From assembly GCF_009914755.1 (NCBI RefSeq), contig NC_060933.1: a stretch of 64,000 nucleotides of DNA. One strand, written 5' to 3'. The translations under genes and the position numbers were made by a program. The notes below the pieces were generated by a model, which searched no databases, was not told the DNA's origin, and worked only from the letters and a program-made list of their open reading frames with translations. The DNA is from the human T2T-CHM13v2.0 reference genome, Homo sapiens. Positions 30,724-48,424 of this stretch are shown here, in pieces. Positions within the stretch are counted from its first letter, which is position 1. The number at the start of each line of letters is the position of its first letter.

Positions 30724-31036
<313 letters not shown>

Positions 31037-31176
31037 AAAAGTAGACAATGCAAAGTATAACTAATGAGTGAAGGAATTTTTACAAGTATTATAACCTTTC
31101 TCATTATGTTCAGAAAATAAATATATTGAATAGATTTATATTTTTGTTCTTGTTTCTTACCTGTTTAGTCAACTGA

Positions 31177-31511
<335 letters not shown>

Positions 31512-31540
31512 TAAATGCTGTCAGGTTAAAGTTTTGAAAG

Positions 31541-32270
31541 GATGGCGATTATTAAAAAGTCAGGAAACAACAGATGCTGGCGAGGCTGTGGAGAAATAGG
31601 AACACTTTTACACTGTTGGTGGGAGTGTAAATTAGTTCAACCATTGTAGAAGACAGTGTGGCAATTCCTCGAGGATCTAGATCCAGAAATATCATTTGAC
31701 CCAGCAATCCCTTTACAGGGTATACACCCAAAGGATTATAAATCATTCTGCTATAAAGACACATACACATGTATGTTTATTGCAGCACTATTTACAAAAG
31801 CAAAGATTTGGAACCAACCCAAATGCCCATCAATGATAGACTGGATGAAGAAAATGTGGCACATATACACCATGGAATACTACGCAGCCATAAAAAGAAT
31901 GAGTTCATGTCCTTTGCAGGGAAATGGATGAAGCTGGAAGCCATCATTCTCAGCAAACTCACACAGGAACATAAAACCAAACACTGCATGTCCTCCTTCA
32001 TAAGTGGGAGTTGAACAATGAGAACACATGGACACAGGGAGGGGAACATCACACACCAGGGCCTGTCCGGGGGTAAGGGAAAAAGGGAGGGAAAGCATTA
32101 GGACAAAAACCTAATGCATGTGGGGCTTAAAACCTAGATGACTGGTTGATAGGTGCAGCAAACCACCATGGTACATGGTACGTGTATACCTATGTAACAA
32201 AACTGAACATTCTGCATAGGTATCCCAGAACTTAAAGTGAAATAAAAAATTAAAAATTAAAAGATTTAAA
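31541..32270 (+). mobile_element. 5'-truncated L1PA (L1PA7/8-like): ORF2 end and 3' UTR
   Basis: ORF 31656-31931 (DPAIPL-GI-PKDYKSFCYKDT...WNQPKCP...MEYYAAIK) is the L1 ORF2 C-terminus; typical 3' UTR follows. Confidence 0.95.
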
Positions 32271-32281
32271 AAAATATATAC

Positions 32282-32566
<285 letters not shown>

Positions 32567-32592
32567 GCAAAAAATGCAAAAAATGAAAATTC

Positions 32593-32885
32593 TTTTTTTT
32601 TTTTTTAAGATGGAGTCTCGCTCTGTTGCCCAGGCTGGAGTGCAGTGACGCCAGATCGGCTCACTGCAACCTCCGCCTCCTGGATTCAAGCGATTCTCCT
32701 GCCTCAGCCTCCTGAGTAGCTGGGATTACAGGCGTGCGCCACTACGTCCAGCTAATTTTTGTATTTTTAGTAGAGATGGGGTTTCCTGTGTTAGCCAGGA
32801 TGGTCTCCATCTCTTGACCTCGTGATCCGCCCACCTCGGCCTCCCAAAGTGCTGGGATTACAGGTGTGAGCCACTGCGCCAGGCC
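32593..32885 (-). mobile_element. AluS
   Basis: Antisense dimer; TSD gaaaattct. Confidence 0.96.
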
Positions 32886-33014
32886 AAAAGAAAGAAAATT
32901 CTAATAAAAAATAATAAAAGAATGCAATGAACTGCTTCCATGGGTACTTAAAGTACTAAACCTGTTACAGTTCAAAGCATTCATTATTGATTTTCTTGAA
33001 CAGATTTTGTCCAT

Positions 33015-33290
33015 ACAAAATATTTATGCTAATCTCCCATTCCATAGGTTGCCTCTTGATTTTGTTGATTATTTCCTTTGTTATGCACAAGCTTTATTTC
33101 ACTTGTTCATTTTTGATTTTCTTGTCTGTGATTTTGATGTCATGTCCAAAAAAATCATTGTCAAGATAAATGTCAAGGAGCTTTCTCCTTCAGTTTTCTA
33201 GGCATTTTATGGTTTCAGGTCTTACATTTAATTCTTTAATCCATTTTGAGTTAATTTGTGTGTATTATAAAGGTCCAGTGTCATTCTTTT
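33015..33290 (-). mobile_element. Inverted 5' segment of the adjacent L1M
   Basis: Antisense ORF2 sequence (ggtttcaggtcttacatttaa-tctttaatccattttgagttaatt). Confidence 0.85.
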
Positions 33291-33325
33291 ACAAAACACA
33301 TGTGTTTAATATCCAAAATATATTA

Positions 33326-33658
<333 letters not shown>

Positions 33659-33869
33659 TCAGTGTCACTAATCATCAGGAAAATGAAAATCAAAACCACA
33701 ATGAGGTATCACCTCAGCATTTCTTAGGATTGCTATTATTAAGAAAAGAAAACAAGTCTTGGCAAGGCTGTGGAGAAAAGGAAACCCTTGCGCACTGTTT
33801 TTGGGACTGTAAACTGATGTAGCTCTTATGGAAAACAATGTGGTGGTTACTTTAAAAATTAGAAATAGT

Positions 33870-34271
<402 letters not shown>

Positions 34272-34361
34272 TCACTGCACCATCATCCACAACAGTTAAG
34301 ATGTATAAACACCCTAAATGTCCATCAATAGATGAATGGAGAAAGAAATCACAGTTTGTAC

Positions 34362-35002
34362 TGTGAAAGAAAAACTAATCTCGGGACCCCAAAATTAGTA
34401 AGCCAAGGGAAAAGTCAGTCTGGGAACTATGTCAGACAAACCTGCCTCCCTTTTGATTCCTAAATAAAATAGCCTACAAAGATAAAAAGCTACATACCTC
34501 CCTCACATTTTGCCCATAAGGAAATTCCTTGTGGACAAAGGACAGACAGAACTCAAAATCATTCCTCTGAGGCTCACCTGAGACAAATGCATATCTGATT
34601 GCTTCCTCTGCCCTATTGTTTATGTACAAAGCAGATTCACTGAGCCAGACTAAATTGTGTAGTTAGTGGAAGGCGTATCAAGGACTCAAAAGAATGCAAC
34701 CTTTTTGTCCCATGTCTCTTCTAACCTGGAAGCCTCTTCTAAACCTGGAACCTGGTGGGGGTGGGGGGAGTCGAAGTAAGGTGGAGTTGTCCCACCTTAC
34801 TGGACCAAATCAATGTACATATTACATATGTTGATTGATGTCTTATGTCTCCCTAAAATGTATAAATCCAAGCTGTGCCCCGACCACCTTGGGCACATGT
34901 CATCAGGATCTCCTGAGGCTGTGTCACCGGTGCATCCTTAAACCTTCGTGAAATAAACTTCCTAAATTGACTGAGATCTGTCTCAGATATTTTGGGTTCA
35001 TA
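34362..35002 (+). mobile_element. Solo MER4A-type LTR (ERV1)
   Basis: tgtgaaagaaaaactaatctcgggaccccaaaat...aataaac...tttgggttcata; perfect 4-bp TSD gtac. Confidence 0.9.
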
Positions 35003-36533
35003 GTACATACAATGGAATATTATTCAGCCTGAAAAAAGAAGGAAATTCTTCCAGTTGCAACAAAATGAGTGGACCTGCAGGGCATAATGCTAGGTGAAAT
35101 AAGCCAGACACAGAAAGGAAATACTGCATGATCTCACTTATATGTAGAAGCTAAAATAATCACACAAGTAGAAATAGAGAATAGAATAATGGTGATCAGG
35201 GGCTAGGGGTTGGGGTAAATGGGAAGGTGATGATTAAGGGGTACGAAGTTTCATTTATGCAAGGTAAATAAGTTCTGGAGATCTGCCATACAGCATAGTG
35301 CCTACGGCTAAGAACACCTTACTGTGTAATTAAAATTGCTAAGAAGGTAGATCTTATGTTAAGTGTTCTCACCAAACAAAATGAAACAGTAACAATAATA
35401 AAGAGTCAATAGGAAACTTTGGGAGGTGATGGATATATTTATGGCCATGATAGTGATGTTGGTTTCATAGGCATATTCTTATTCTAAACTCATCAAGACA
35501 AATACATTCAATATGTACAACTTTTAAAAAGCAGTAAAACAGAAACAAAATATTTATTCTAGATTTTCCGTGGCAGCAAAGGCTGCCCACTCATCCTCAG
35601 GTCTGTCAAAACTTTAGCCAAGTGAATGTGTTTATAACTTATGCAAATCAGGTACCTGAAAATCTGCTCAAATATTTTGATAAAGATAACTACAAGCCCA
35701 AGTTTTCATCTTTCCATTTTCTTTGCTACCCAAAATGTAAAAAAAAATCATCGATAAATTAGAGATATTGACACCAGTAACCAATTAGAATCTGACTCTG
35801 CCTAAATATTGGCTTTTCTCTCTGCAGTCTTGGATTTTCTTCACCATCAACGGCTCATTTTATGTCTCACGTGGGGTTGTTTCTCACAAAGAACCAAGTA
35901 GAAACATAAAATGTGGCTGTATTTGTGGCTTCTAATGACAGAGATTCCACATGCTATGAACAAGCTATCTGGAAAGGAGAAAGGAGAGTGGGATCCCCAG
36001 TGTTCACTGAGGGGATGGGGTCTTCTGGAGCTGAGGATGGCCTAATCTTGAAGGGTCTTCAAAGCCATGCAGAGAACCAAGTGATGTCATTGGCTTGAAG
36101 TAAGAGTCAGTGTTACAGACAACTAGTGAGACTCACAGGTGAGTTCCTCATGGAGATACTGCGAAGGCATCATCTTCCATTATGCCGTGGATTAGAATTT
36201 CTCCTAGAACTTGTCTCCAAAAATTGTGGTTCTTTCCTTGATTAACAGGTGTGTTTTTAAATTGTAGCCAGTTGGGATCTTATGACTGACTCTTGCTCCT
36301 TATTCACTCTGCCTACCAAGAACGCAGTACTAAATTGCTCTACTAAAATCAACAGCTGTAAAAGTTTTCATGGCCTGTCATTGTGGGTACCAACTCACTC
36401 TAGCTTTTTCTTACTAATCAATCCTCATTTTATCTTTGTCCTAATTTCCTTTGTTTAAACTTAGAGTGCATCCAAAGTGACATAAATTGTCTAATATTTA
36501 AAATGATATGGAATATAAATATATGGAAAAGCC

Positions 36534-36849
36534 TTTTTTTCCCCTTTCCTTTTTTTTCTTTTTCCTTTGAGATGGAGTCTCACTCTGTCACCCAGGCTGG
36601 AGTGCAATGGCGTGATCTCGGCTAATTGCAACTTCTGCCTCCTGGGTTCAAGCGATTCTCCAGCCTCAGCCTCCTGAGTAGCTGGGATTACAGGCATGCG
36701 CCACCACTCCCGGCTAATTTTGTATTTTTAGTAGAGAAGGAGTTTCTCCGTGTTGACCAGGCTGGTGTCGAACTCCCAGCCTCGGGTAATCCACCCGCCA
36801 CGGCCTCCCAAAGTGCTAGGATTACAGGTGTGAGCCACCGCGCCCAGCC
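36534..36849 (-). mobile_element. AluSp/Sq-like
   Basis: Antisense dimer with gcaatggc and gtttctcc. Confidence 0.96.
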
Positions 36850-38308
36850 AGCATTTGTACTTCATAAAGTTAAAAAAAAAAAAAGTTATCTGTTTATCTT
36901 TGTGCTTGTAATATAAATGAACCAGTGGCACTTTGGAATGCCACATGCAGAATGAATAGAAAAAGTTTAAAATATTGGTGCAGGAGGTCAATCAGAAAGA
37001 TATATATCCATTAGAATATCTAGATATGAGATGATAAAGACATGGAATAAAGTAATAGCTCTTTATTTCTTCCCAAAAATGTTCAATTGCTCTCCTTGAA
37101 GTATATCCATTTTCTAAATACTTCCTCTTTATTCTCCTGTAATTCAGTAGGATTTAAGACCAACAGAAGTATTGTGTATTTCTAGTGTAGTCAGTCTGGA
37201 TTCAAGTCATTTAGAATGTTATACACAGTTGGTTCAACCACCCTACTATGTCTGGAATTGTCTTCTCCCCAGTTGCAACTTTTCTCTCACTTATTCTCTG
37301 CCTCCATTGGGAACACAGCTGGGGTGAGAATGGGAATGTTTGCAGGGTGATCCAAACCAGGCCTGAGCATGGTTCTGCCATGGCTTTACCCCACGAATGC
37401 TCCAGTCACACCCACGCCCAAGGAATCTGTAGGGGACATGGAAATCCAGCTTAAAGAAGTGGCATTTATGTTTCTGCATGTTTGTTTACTAGGGATGTAA
37501 CACGGCCATTTAGAGGAGACTAGCACTTTGCAGCAGGCTCCTTGAAAGAAGAGATGGACCCCTTCATCGCAGTTAACCTGCCATGCCAAACAAACATGTT
37601 CATGGGCATCACTTTCTCAGTCCAACAGGGCCGTTGGAGCACAGAAGCCAGGCAGACACAAGCGGTATGTTGAAGTCAGAAGTGGTCTGATTCAGGGCCA
37701 GGGTGGGGGTGATGTAATGAAGTGCCGAGGGCACAGACCTTAGGGAGACACTCACTGTCACGGTTGTGCAAGTGCAGCATCTCCTTAAATCTTGTCCCCT
37801 GTGTGTCTTGTCTTACCCTAGTTCCAAAACACATCTAACTTTTCAGCAAGAGAGAACAGATGTCAGTCATATAAATAGCAGAAATGAGAGAGCCAAGAAA
37901 AAGAACAGCTTTGTGTTGAAAAGAAGTGTGGTTAAGAATACACAGCATTTGAGGTAACAAGACTTCCTCCGGATAGGGACTAGGGTTTTCTCTGCATCCA
38001 GGCTGGGAATCCCGAGCTCAGAAGAGATGGTGGAGATGTAGGGTTCAGAGACTTTTGCTTGCTTTTCCTAACTCTTGCTAGCCAGAAACACTCTGCAGTT
38101 TCACTTTTTTAACCTTTGGATTCATCCCATTTTAGTCCTCTTCTATGCCTTAAAAACACTGAAGATGAGAAGATCAAACCTGATGAAAGTCATGTTCTGT
38201 TTTCTGTGCTTTCATCATCCAACATCAATAGACTCTGACGCTGTGGCCTTGTGTGGTGCGTCTGCGTTCGTTGTGAGTTTCAAAGCTGAAGAAAGTTAGT
38301 GGGTGTTG

Positions 38309-38549
38309 GCATGTTCTCACTCATAGGTGGGAATTGAACAATAAGAACACATGGACACAGGAAGGGGAACATCACACACCGGGGCCTGTCGTGGGGTGGG
38401 GGGAGGGGGGGATAGCATTAGGAGATATACCTAATGTAAATGACGAGTCACTGGGTGCAGCACCCCAACATGGTGCATGTATATATATGTAACTAACCTG
38501 CACGTTGTGCACATGTACCCTAGAACTTAAAGTATAATAATAAAAAAAA
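38309..38549 (+). mobile_element. Short L1PA (L1PA3-5-like) 3' end
   Basis: Primate L1 3' UTR with G-rich tract and A tail; 18-bp TSD aagaaagttagtgggtgt. Confidence 0.97.
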
Positions 38550-40377
38550 GAAAGTTAGTGGGTGTCTTTCCCACTCCTGTTCTTCAGTTGCGGTTTTTCA
38601 AAAGTTGGCAGACATGTTTGATAAAATTCTATCAAAGAAGTCATCATGATGACAGGGTGTCTTCCTTTATGTTTTTCGTCTTTATTCAGTGGTTGTGTGT
38701 GATGTTCCTTCTGCTCCATTTTTTTGTTTTGTTTTGAATTTCATGATGTACCATGCGGGAGTGACCCACAGTTCCAGATGATTGATTAAAACCCCTCAGG
38801 CTCACACTGCTCACTGTTGACACATCCCTTGAGTTTTGAATGAGATCAGTTACGTTCATCTCCACTGCATTCTGCCTTCTTGTCTTGCTCCCTTCATTAT
38901 TTACTTTTCTGCCCATTCTTTTATGTTGATAACTAATCTGTGTTCTTTAATCTTATTACCCACACTAACACAGAATAACATTTTAATGTTCAATTTTTAA
39001 AACCATTCTACTTTAAGGTGTAAACTCTTTTCACCTGCTAAACAGAGCGCAGCCGTATTTCAGCTAATTAACCCACAGCATGTATACACCTGATAATTCA
39101 ATCGCACATTTGGCTTACTGCCTTTTAAAGGCTGTCTTAGAGAGGGATTCCTATTAAAATTAAGAAGAGTTTTGAATTTGAAATATGATCAAGTCCTAAA
39201 TGTTAGAGCTGGAGGAAAGTGTGTGCATTATTTTATTTGAACTCTTGCGTGGTATATATGGAGACCAAAGTGCTGGCACGTGCTCACTCCAGGTCTGTCA
39301 ACTCAGTAGAGCCACTACCAGACTTCCAGTCTCCCAACTCCTATTCCAGGAGTTTAGCTCTGAGAAAAGAAAAACAAAACAAGACAGAAAATTGTAGTCA
39401 ATGTATATAATGAACTAATTGTTCATACATTTATGCACAACATGTAAAAAGAAAGTACAATGAGCTTGACCTTAATTATATTAAATAAGTAGAAAAGAGT
39501 TCTTAAAATGTACCAAATGGCAGAATGCATCATACTGGAAAATGTATTTATTTAGTACATACCTAGGAGAAGCTTTTCAGAGAATTTGCTTAAAAGGCAG
39601 ACTCTTAATACATTTTGAACATATTTCACAAAACAAGTTTATCCGAAGAAAAACTTATAGTAAAATACAAAACAGGACATTGTTAACAACACTGAACACA
39701 CTGAGATAACATTCTATTACTGCTGCCGTGGAGTAGACCAGAAAAATCTGCTTATGCCATTGCCCATGATATTTATGATAATTATTTAAGAGAAGCATTA
39801 ACTGGGGGAATGGACAGCATCTTATCTACTTTGTAATAGCAGCGTTTAACGGGATGTCCCTGGGTAATACAGAGGAGACACTCTAACAACAATTATTGAA
39901 TCGATAGGATAAAAAACATAGAGAAACAGACATCAAGAGCTCAGAACAAATGGAAGAGCAAGGGGCCAGGATGTAAGGAGATTAATAAGCTTTGGGGATT
40001 GGGGTGGGAAGTAAAAATAAATTTCATCTGCTTCCTCATTAATTTTCAGTAGAACCAACCCTGCTCATGAAACTGGATTAAGATTTCACGTGGAAACTAT
40101 CAAGTTAGAGGACTTCAAGAGTGTCAGTGTGGTGATGCACTCACAGGACAGGGCAAAGCTAGCACTCATGTTCAACACTTGAGATAGTCTCTACTGGGAA
40201 AATGTGGGATAATGTCCTCAATCCAATTTGAATGGGAACCATGTTGAGAATTCCTGGTACATTGTATATAGAAAAATAATTAATACTTCCTAGTAGGCAT
40301 TTAATATCTTATAGATATTATAGTAGAGGTTTTGAATACTCATTTATGTCTCACAATATTCAAATAATATATTTAAA

Positions 40378-40535
40378 AATAGCAGCTATAATTTATTGCC
40401 CGTGTGCCCAGACAGTGGACAGTGTACCAAGAAGCACTGTAATCAATATTTTATATGAATAATCTGATTTATTTTTCTCACTAAACTCCATGAAATATTT
40501 TATTCACTTTATTTTGAAGAAGAGGGATGAAACAG
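40378..40535 (-). mobile_element. MIR
   Basis: Degenerate antisense MIR. Confidence 0.5.
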
Positions 40536-41288
40536 TTGCAAAGTAAAACTTTAGGAAGCATCTATTTGTTTATAAATGTATCACAAAGATATTCAGCCCA
40601 CACTCAGCAGAAGTTTGAACCACTGGGGGACAAGATGAGAAGATCTTTCATTTTGAGACGTGTCCAGGAGCATTTCCCTGGACTGTGAGAAGAACCATGC
40701 TGCCTGTCTGTGCTGGGGAGGCCAGAGTTTGTCTGAACCATGAACTTGCCAGGTGCAGGCCTAGGGCTACACTCAGAGCACTCTCCAGACAGGAGAGAGA
40801 GCAGCCCTGCTCTGCCTGAACTCTGCCCAGCAGCATAGTCCAGCTGTCCCAAGAGTGCAGCTCTCAACAGTTATTCCTCCTAATGCTGTCACTGCTTTTC
40901 CAAGTGTTGGTCCTTTGGAAATTAGTTCCTGCTGTCTTATACACTTGAAGGCACATGATTTTATTTCTATAAAGAGAGGCAAAGTATAGAGTTTATACCT
41001 AGTTAAGTTGGCTTTTTCTCCAATTAATTTCACTTAAACTTTATTTTGTACTAGCTTCGTATTAAAATAAATAACTGTTTCTGGAATTTTTCACACTCAG
41101 AAAAAAATGGCATTCATATTAGAAATAACATTAGAGTATTTTGATTTAAAATAGTTTGAAACTACATTTTATTAAAATATTTGAATCCTTTAAGGCACAG
41201 CCTAGCACCTTAATAAAAAAATTGAATATCTCCCAATATTGCTGGTTATGCAACATAAATGAATAAAAGCTTACTGTAAGAAAAAAAA

Positions 41289-42772
<1,484 letters not shown>

Positions 42773-43027
42773 CTGCCATGTTTGTTTTATGTTTTTGGAA
42801 TCAGAAACACCAATCAGTCAGGGCCCTTTCTCTGCACTGTTTCTAATCATCCATCCCCATCATGGCAATACAGCCTCATCTGTCCCCAGTAACCTCCAGT
42901 TTTCACAGAGCTTCTTTTCCCATGTATCCCCTCTCATGAGAGGCTCAGCGTTAAATTCAAATGCTCTGTGTTACTGCCCACCTCCTTTGAGAGGGAAGAT
43001 AGCATGAGCTCATTGAATCCTCTTCTG

Positions 43028-43553
43028 CGGGGTGGCCCAAAACCTGAAAATATTACGGAATATCCATAATAGGTGATTTATTGATACACCATTCCAGTTC
43101 GTGATATTACATGGCATGAGATACGTAATGGTGTTGATCTGCAATAGCAACAAAAAGTCCAAGATACTGTGCAAAACTACAGTCACCATGGTGCCTTAAG
43201 ACACACCTTCATCAACCCCTCAGATGTTCCCCGTTGAGACATTGCCTCAGATGATTGGTGCCTCTGATTTTCATTGAATAAACCCGCACTTTTTGCATAT
43301 TCCAGAGAAAGTAATCACGAGGGTTCCGAGCTGAGGAGCATGCAGCCCACTCCTCAGGGCTACATTGTCCATCTCAGTTTTGGAAATTACCAACCATCTG
43401 GTTCCTCCCTCCCTTGAAGGAACGGGTGGTATATCTTCTGCGGGAAGCACTCCAGGAGGTGTCCCTTAGCTCATCAACAATGAGTGTTATTGCAACTTAA
43501 TATGTGAAATATATTAAACACTTGTTTATTTTTCCAAACTTTTGTCCACCCTG
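43028..43553 (-). mobile_element. Ancient Tc1/mariner-derived element (MARNA-like) with transposase remnant
   Basis: TIRs cggggtggcccaaaa ... ttttgtccaccctg; minus frame GQCSPEEWAACSSARNPRDYFLWNMQKVRVY resembles WPPRSPDLNPxDFFLWG-LK-RVY. Confidence 0.75.
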
Positions 43554-43827
43554 TGTTAAGTAGAATGCCCATCTGATCAATGAAGTTCAATCATGATTTT
43601 CCAAGTAAATGAAAGACTCAGTGAGTTAGTTCAGCAGTCAGCCAATTCATCAGAAGGCAAGGTCTGTGTTTCTTCCATAAAAGTTAGACCTAAGGGGTAA
43701 CAGAACTGGACCCATTCATTAGTGAGTTTTATGAAACTGTTTTCATTATGTGTGGTGATGACCACCTCACTTGCTACCTCACAGGTTTTACATACGGCAG
43801 CAACAAATGCAGCACCACACTTTTCTC

Positions 43828-44015
43828 TACTGGTTTTTAACGTGGGGTTCCTGAATGAGTAGTGATAGCACCACACGGGAATTTGTTATAAATGTAAATT
43901 CTCAGGCTCCCCTGAGACCTACTGAATTAGGAACTCTAGAACTGGGGCCCAGCAATCTGTATTTTAGTAAGTCCTCCTGTTAATTCCGACATACTCTGAA
44001 GTTTAAAAGCCATTG
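43828..44015. mobile_element. MER5A (hAT-Charlie)
   Basis: ttgttataaatgtaaattctcaggctcc...agacctactgaattag-aactct...ggggcccagcaatctgtattt. Confidence 0.88.
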
Positions 44016-44479
44016 TCTCACATCTCCCCTAGACAGATATTAGTGGAGAATCTTAGTTTTACACTTGGCTGCCCTCACACGGAGCTACAGTGTGATGACT
44101 GTCATAAGCAGTGGATTCACAGGCTACTGACCCATTAGGAAGTGCTCCATTTAATCTGAAAGCAAAGCTGAATACGTGAGCACACATTACACAGGAATTT
44201 ATGCCCTGCAGCATGAACAACAACAACCAAAAACAAACCTAACTTCAAATGTTTAAGTCATTGGCAATTTAGCTGACTGTATGTTCTGAGGAATCAGGCC
44301 ATGAGTGAGTAAAATATAATCATAAAATATTTGATAAAATATCCAATCTCTATCTTAAAAGCAATGAAATTCTGATATTTTAGGGGAGTTTTGTTTGTTT
44401 TTTCAAATAACCAACTATAGATTGTTTGGATACAGACCTTTCGTAATACAAAATAGTTCATTCATTTTTGAATATTTCT

Positions 44480-45052
<573 letters not shown>

Positions 45053-47368
45053 TAAAATGGCTAAGTCTTTAGGAGAGGAAGAGTGAATAGTCATTCCTCC
45101 TTTCATCTCATATTTTAAACAATACTTTCCTTCCTTAAGTTAAAAACAAATCTTTTCCCCCTTAAGTTAAAGATTTAGCAGCTGTCGTGGTTAGGACACA
45201 GGGTGATTGATGTGTGAGAGGAGATGAGTGGGAAGACTCAGGGTGGGGCCGACTCTTTTCCAGACTGTGTGCAGGTAGAAATGCCATCAGTCATCGCTTC
45301 CTCTGGACAGACTAATTTTTGTCTGTCTCTTCATAGATGCCCATGAGGTTACTCAAAGCCCCATATCGGATTTCCCTGCCCAGGACCTCTGTTTCCAGGA
45401 CTCTTCAGCCCACATCTCTGACCCACCGTTGCCCTTGCACCAGGTTTGTAATGCTGATCACTTCCAATCAGCAAACTGTAGTGCTTGAGGGCCTCCTGTC
45501 CTCTGCCCTTGAGTCAGTCGTTTCCATCTCAAAAATAATCACAAGGGAACTGAGACACACAGCCAGTGTCTTATGACATCATTTTCCCCCTTCCTTCCTG
45601 TTTCCCCACCGGGAACAGGCCAATATAGTTGCTGCTTATTAAAAGTTTGTGGGAAGAAAAATAAACGCAGACGGTAGTTTCCCTAAATCCTAAATGTTTC
45701 TACAGACTCTCTTTGAATTATCAGTTTGGGAAGAGCGTTTAGAAGCTGGACCTGGAACTTTCCAGGAAGCTGGCTTAAACCATCCTTACCTGTCTGTCCA
45801 CTACTAGAGCAGCCTCCAGAACATCTGCTTCAGAGGCCAGGAGCGCTCTGCGCAGCGGTGCAATCTTCAGGTTGTTGGCCCAGGAAATCTTCCAGGACTC
45901 GCCATTCCCATTCTTCAAACGCCTTCAGGCAGTGGCTGCATATTGTTCCCACTCAACTTGCCCTCCTATCTTGGAAATATATTTTCATTTTCTTATGCTT
46001 TTATTTAATTGTCTGTGTTCACGCTGTTTTACCTCAGTACGTAGCTGCAAACCTTGTAGAACGATACCATATAAAATAGTTAACATCCTCTTGGCAGCAC
46101 TCTCAACCTCTCCATCTCACTGAGAAACAAGTTGACATACCAGGTTGGAGATCAACACAAACTAACCAAGAAGCTACACTGTTCTAAATTAAATGTTCAT
46201 CACACTTTAACCGAGATTGCTACCTAAGTAACTTTAATTGCTGAAGTTGCCTTCATGGAAAGCCCTCAGGTAACAGCAATTATAAAGGACACATTTATGA
46301 CCAGGTAAGAGTCTATCCACATCAGCAGAGAACACAATGACTGTTGTTTAAGTACTTCAGTGTAACAGAAACAGGACACACACTGATGCATGCATTAAAA
46401 TGCTTATCATCCATGACCTGTGACGGTATCTGATTTGGGCAGCTACATTTGGGGATTGGAGGGTAGGTGACTCAACCAATATGTGGCTTAATCGAGGCAC
46501 GATAGAGTAGAGAAACACCCTGAAAGGCCAGAGTGAAGTGAATCAAAAGACGTTCTGTGATTTTGGGGGCACCAGGATTCTCCCATGGTCCCTGGCTTCA
46601 CTTTGACACTGAAGTCCAATGGTTCTGATATTCCCAGAACATCTGTTGCAGCAGTTAGAATCACCTATCTTAGTTCTCCCTAATCCACAGCCTGTGCCTG
46701 CTGAATTAACTGCTGTTGACATCGAAGTGCTTATTTCAAAAGACTCTTCTGTGTGCAAAGTTCAATCAGAAAAACACAGCGTAGACTTCTGCCTTCCTTC
46801 ACCAACCTCAGTCTAAGGATAGGTTATTTCTGATCGAAAAATCTCCTCAGACTTGTGACTCCTCCAGTGTAAACAAATGTTGCTGTTCCTTTAGGACAAA
46901 TGATGGATTGACTTTATGTTTGATGCTATCGGGCCAGAAAATACTTGCTTGTAAATGTGACATTCAAGGTGTTATCTTGGTCAGCCTATGGATAAGATGG
47001 GGACAGAAGGCGTACCAGGCTTTCCTCTTTTCTACAGATCCTTTTTGCTAGAGCTATTCCTTTTCCTTGGGATCCTGGCAGTTCACCATCACCATTTAGT
47101 TTTCTAGAAAATCCATTAATTATCACAAATATTATTTACTTTCTCAGGGTTATGCTAGAATATTGTTTAAATCTGTAACAAAAGAAACTCAGGCTCCTTG
47201 TGACGCTTACATGTGTAACAGAGGAGTTTTGTAAAAAAATCAATCTGTAGGCATTGATCAGAAATGCAATATGCTACAAAGTTTACCTCTACTGTCTGAT
47301 ACCCTATCATTAATCTACAACAGGATTGTTTAAAAACTGTTACAAACTATTAGTACCCCATTCTGTAA

Positions 47369-47414
47369 TCTCCCTCTCTCTGTCTCTGTCTCTTTCTCTC
47401 TCTCTCTCTCTCCC
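47369..47414. repeat. (CT)n microsatellite
   Basis: Imperfect CT repeat. Confidence 0.85.
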
Positions 47415-48034
47415 TGCTAACCCCATGACATTTATTCAGTAATGACAGCCACAATCACCCTTGGTTCTTTTGGCTGCAGTTTAAAATCAACCGTGACTGA
47501 AGGTAGGATTATTTAGCAGGAGAAACGTTGGCCTAGAAAATGTGTGTATCCAGATATTTAACTTCCTAATGTTTTCCATTCATTAACAAAACTTATATAC
47601 ATTATTTGCCACAACCTATTAGTTTTTGCAGTCTGAGAAATAGAGACAAGAGTTATATGATCAAATCCCGACTGCCAGGACTTGAATAAGTTATTTAGAA
47701 CCTCAAGTTAGTTTGTTTCTTTTAAATTTTTGTAGAATTAGCTGACTTTCGGGTTGCCCGTGCACATTAGAACAAAGGAGTATAAAATTGGCAGAGGAAA
47801 GAATAGAACATGAGGCAGCACTGTCTCATTCTTATTTACTCAGGGCACAGCCCAGTGACTTTAGGCACTCAATAATCATTTTGTGTATAAATGAATCAAT
47901 ATTTGTGGTTAACACTTTATAAATGTCAACTGTTATTATCGTTTAATACATCATTGAATGTCTTATTACTCTTAATAGAATTTCAAGAAAGATACAATTA
48001 AGTTAAATCAGGATTTATTTGGGATAAGCTAAGA

Positions 48035-48338
48035 ATTATTATTATTATTATTTGAGACATAGTCTCGCTCTGTCGCCCAGGCTGGAGTGCAGTGGCACGA
48101 TCTCAGCTCCCTGCAAGCTCCGTCTCCTGGGTTCATGCCATTCTCCCGCCTCAGCCTCGTGAGGAGCTGGGACTACAGGCACCCGCCAGCACGCCCGGCT
48201 AATTTTGTTTTTGTATTTTTAGTAGAGACAGGGTTTCACTGTGTTAGCCAGGATGGTCTTGATCTCCTGACCTTGTGATCCACCCGCCTTGGCCTCCCAA
48301 AGTGCTGGGATTACAGGTGTGAGCCACCGCGCCCGGCC
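48035..48338 (-). mobile_element. AluY with variant middle A-rich region
   Basis: (TTA)n tail, antisense dimer. Confidence 0.96.
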
Positions 48339-48424
48339 ATTATTGGCCTTAATTTACAATCATGGATATACCATAAAAAGAGTATTAGTGTTTTAGAAGT
48401 ACTGTATCCATTTGAAGAATGACG

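Noticed and set aside
31656-31931. 91-aa ORF with L1 ORF2 similarity as a CDS
   Set aside because: Fragment of a 5'-truncated L1; annotated as a mobile element.
45726-46079. 117-aa ORF
   Set aside because: TTG start, no domain, no supporting exon structure.
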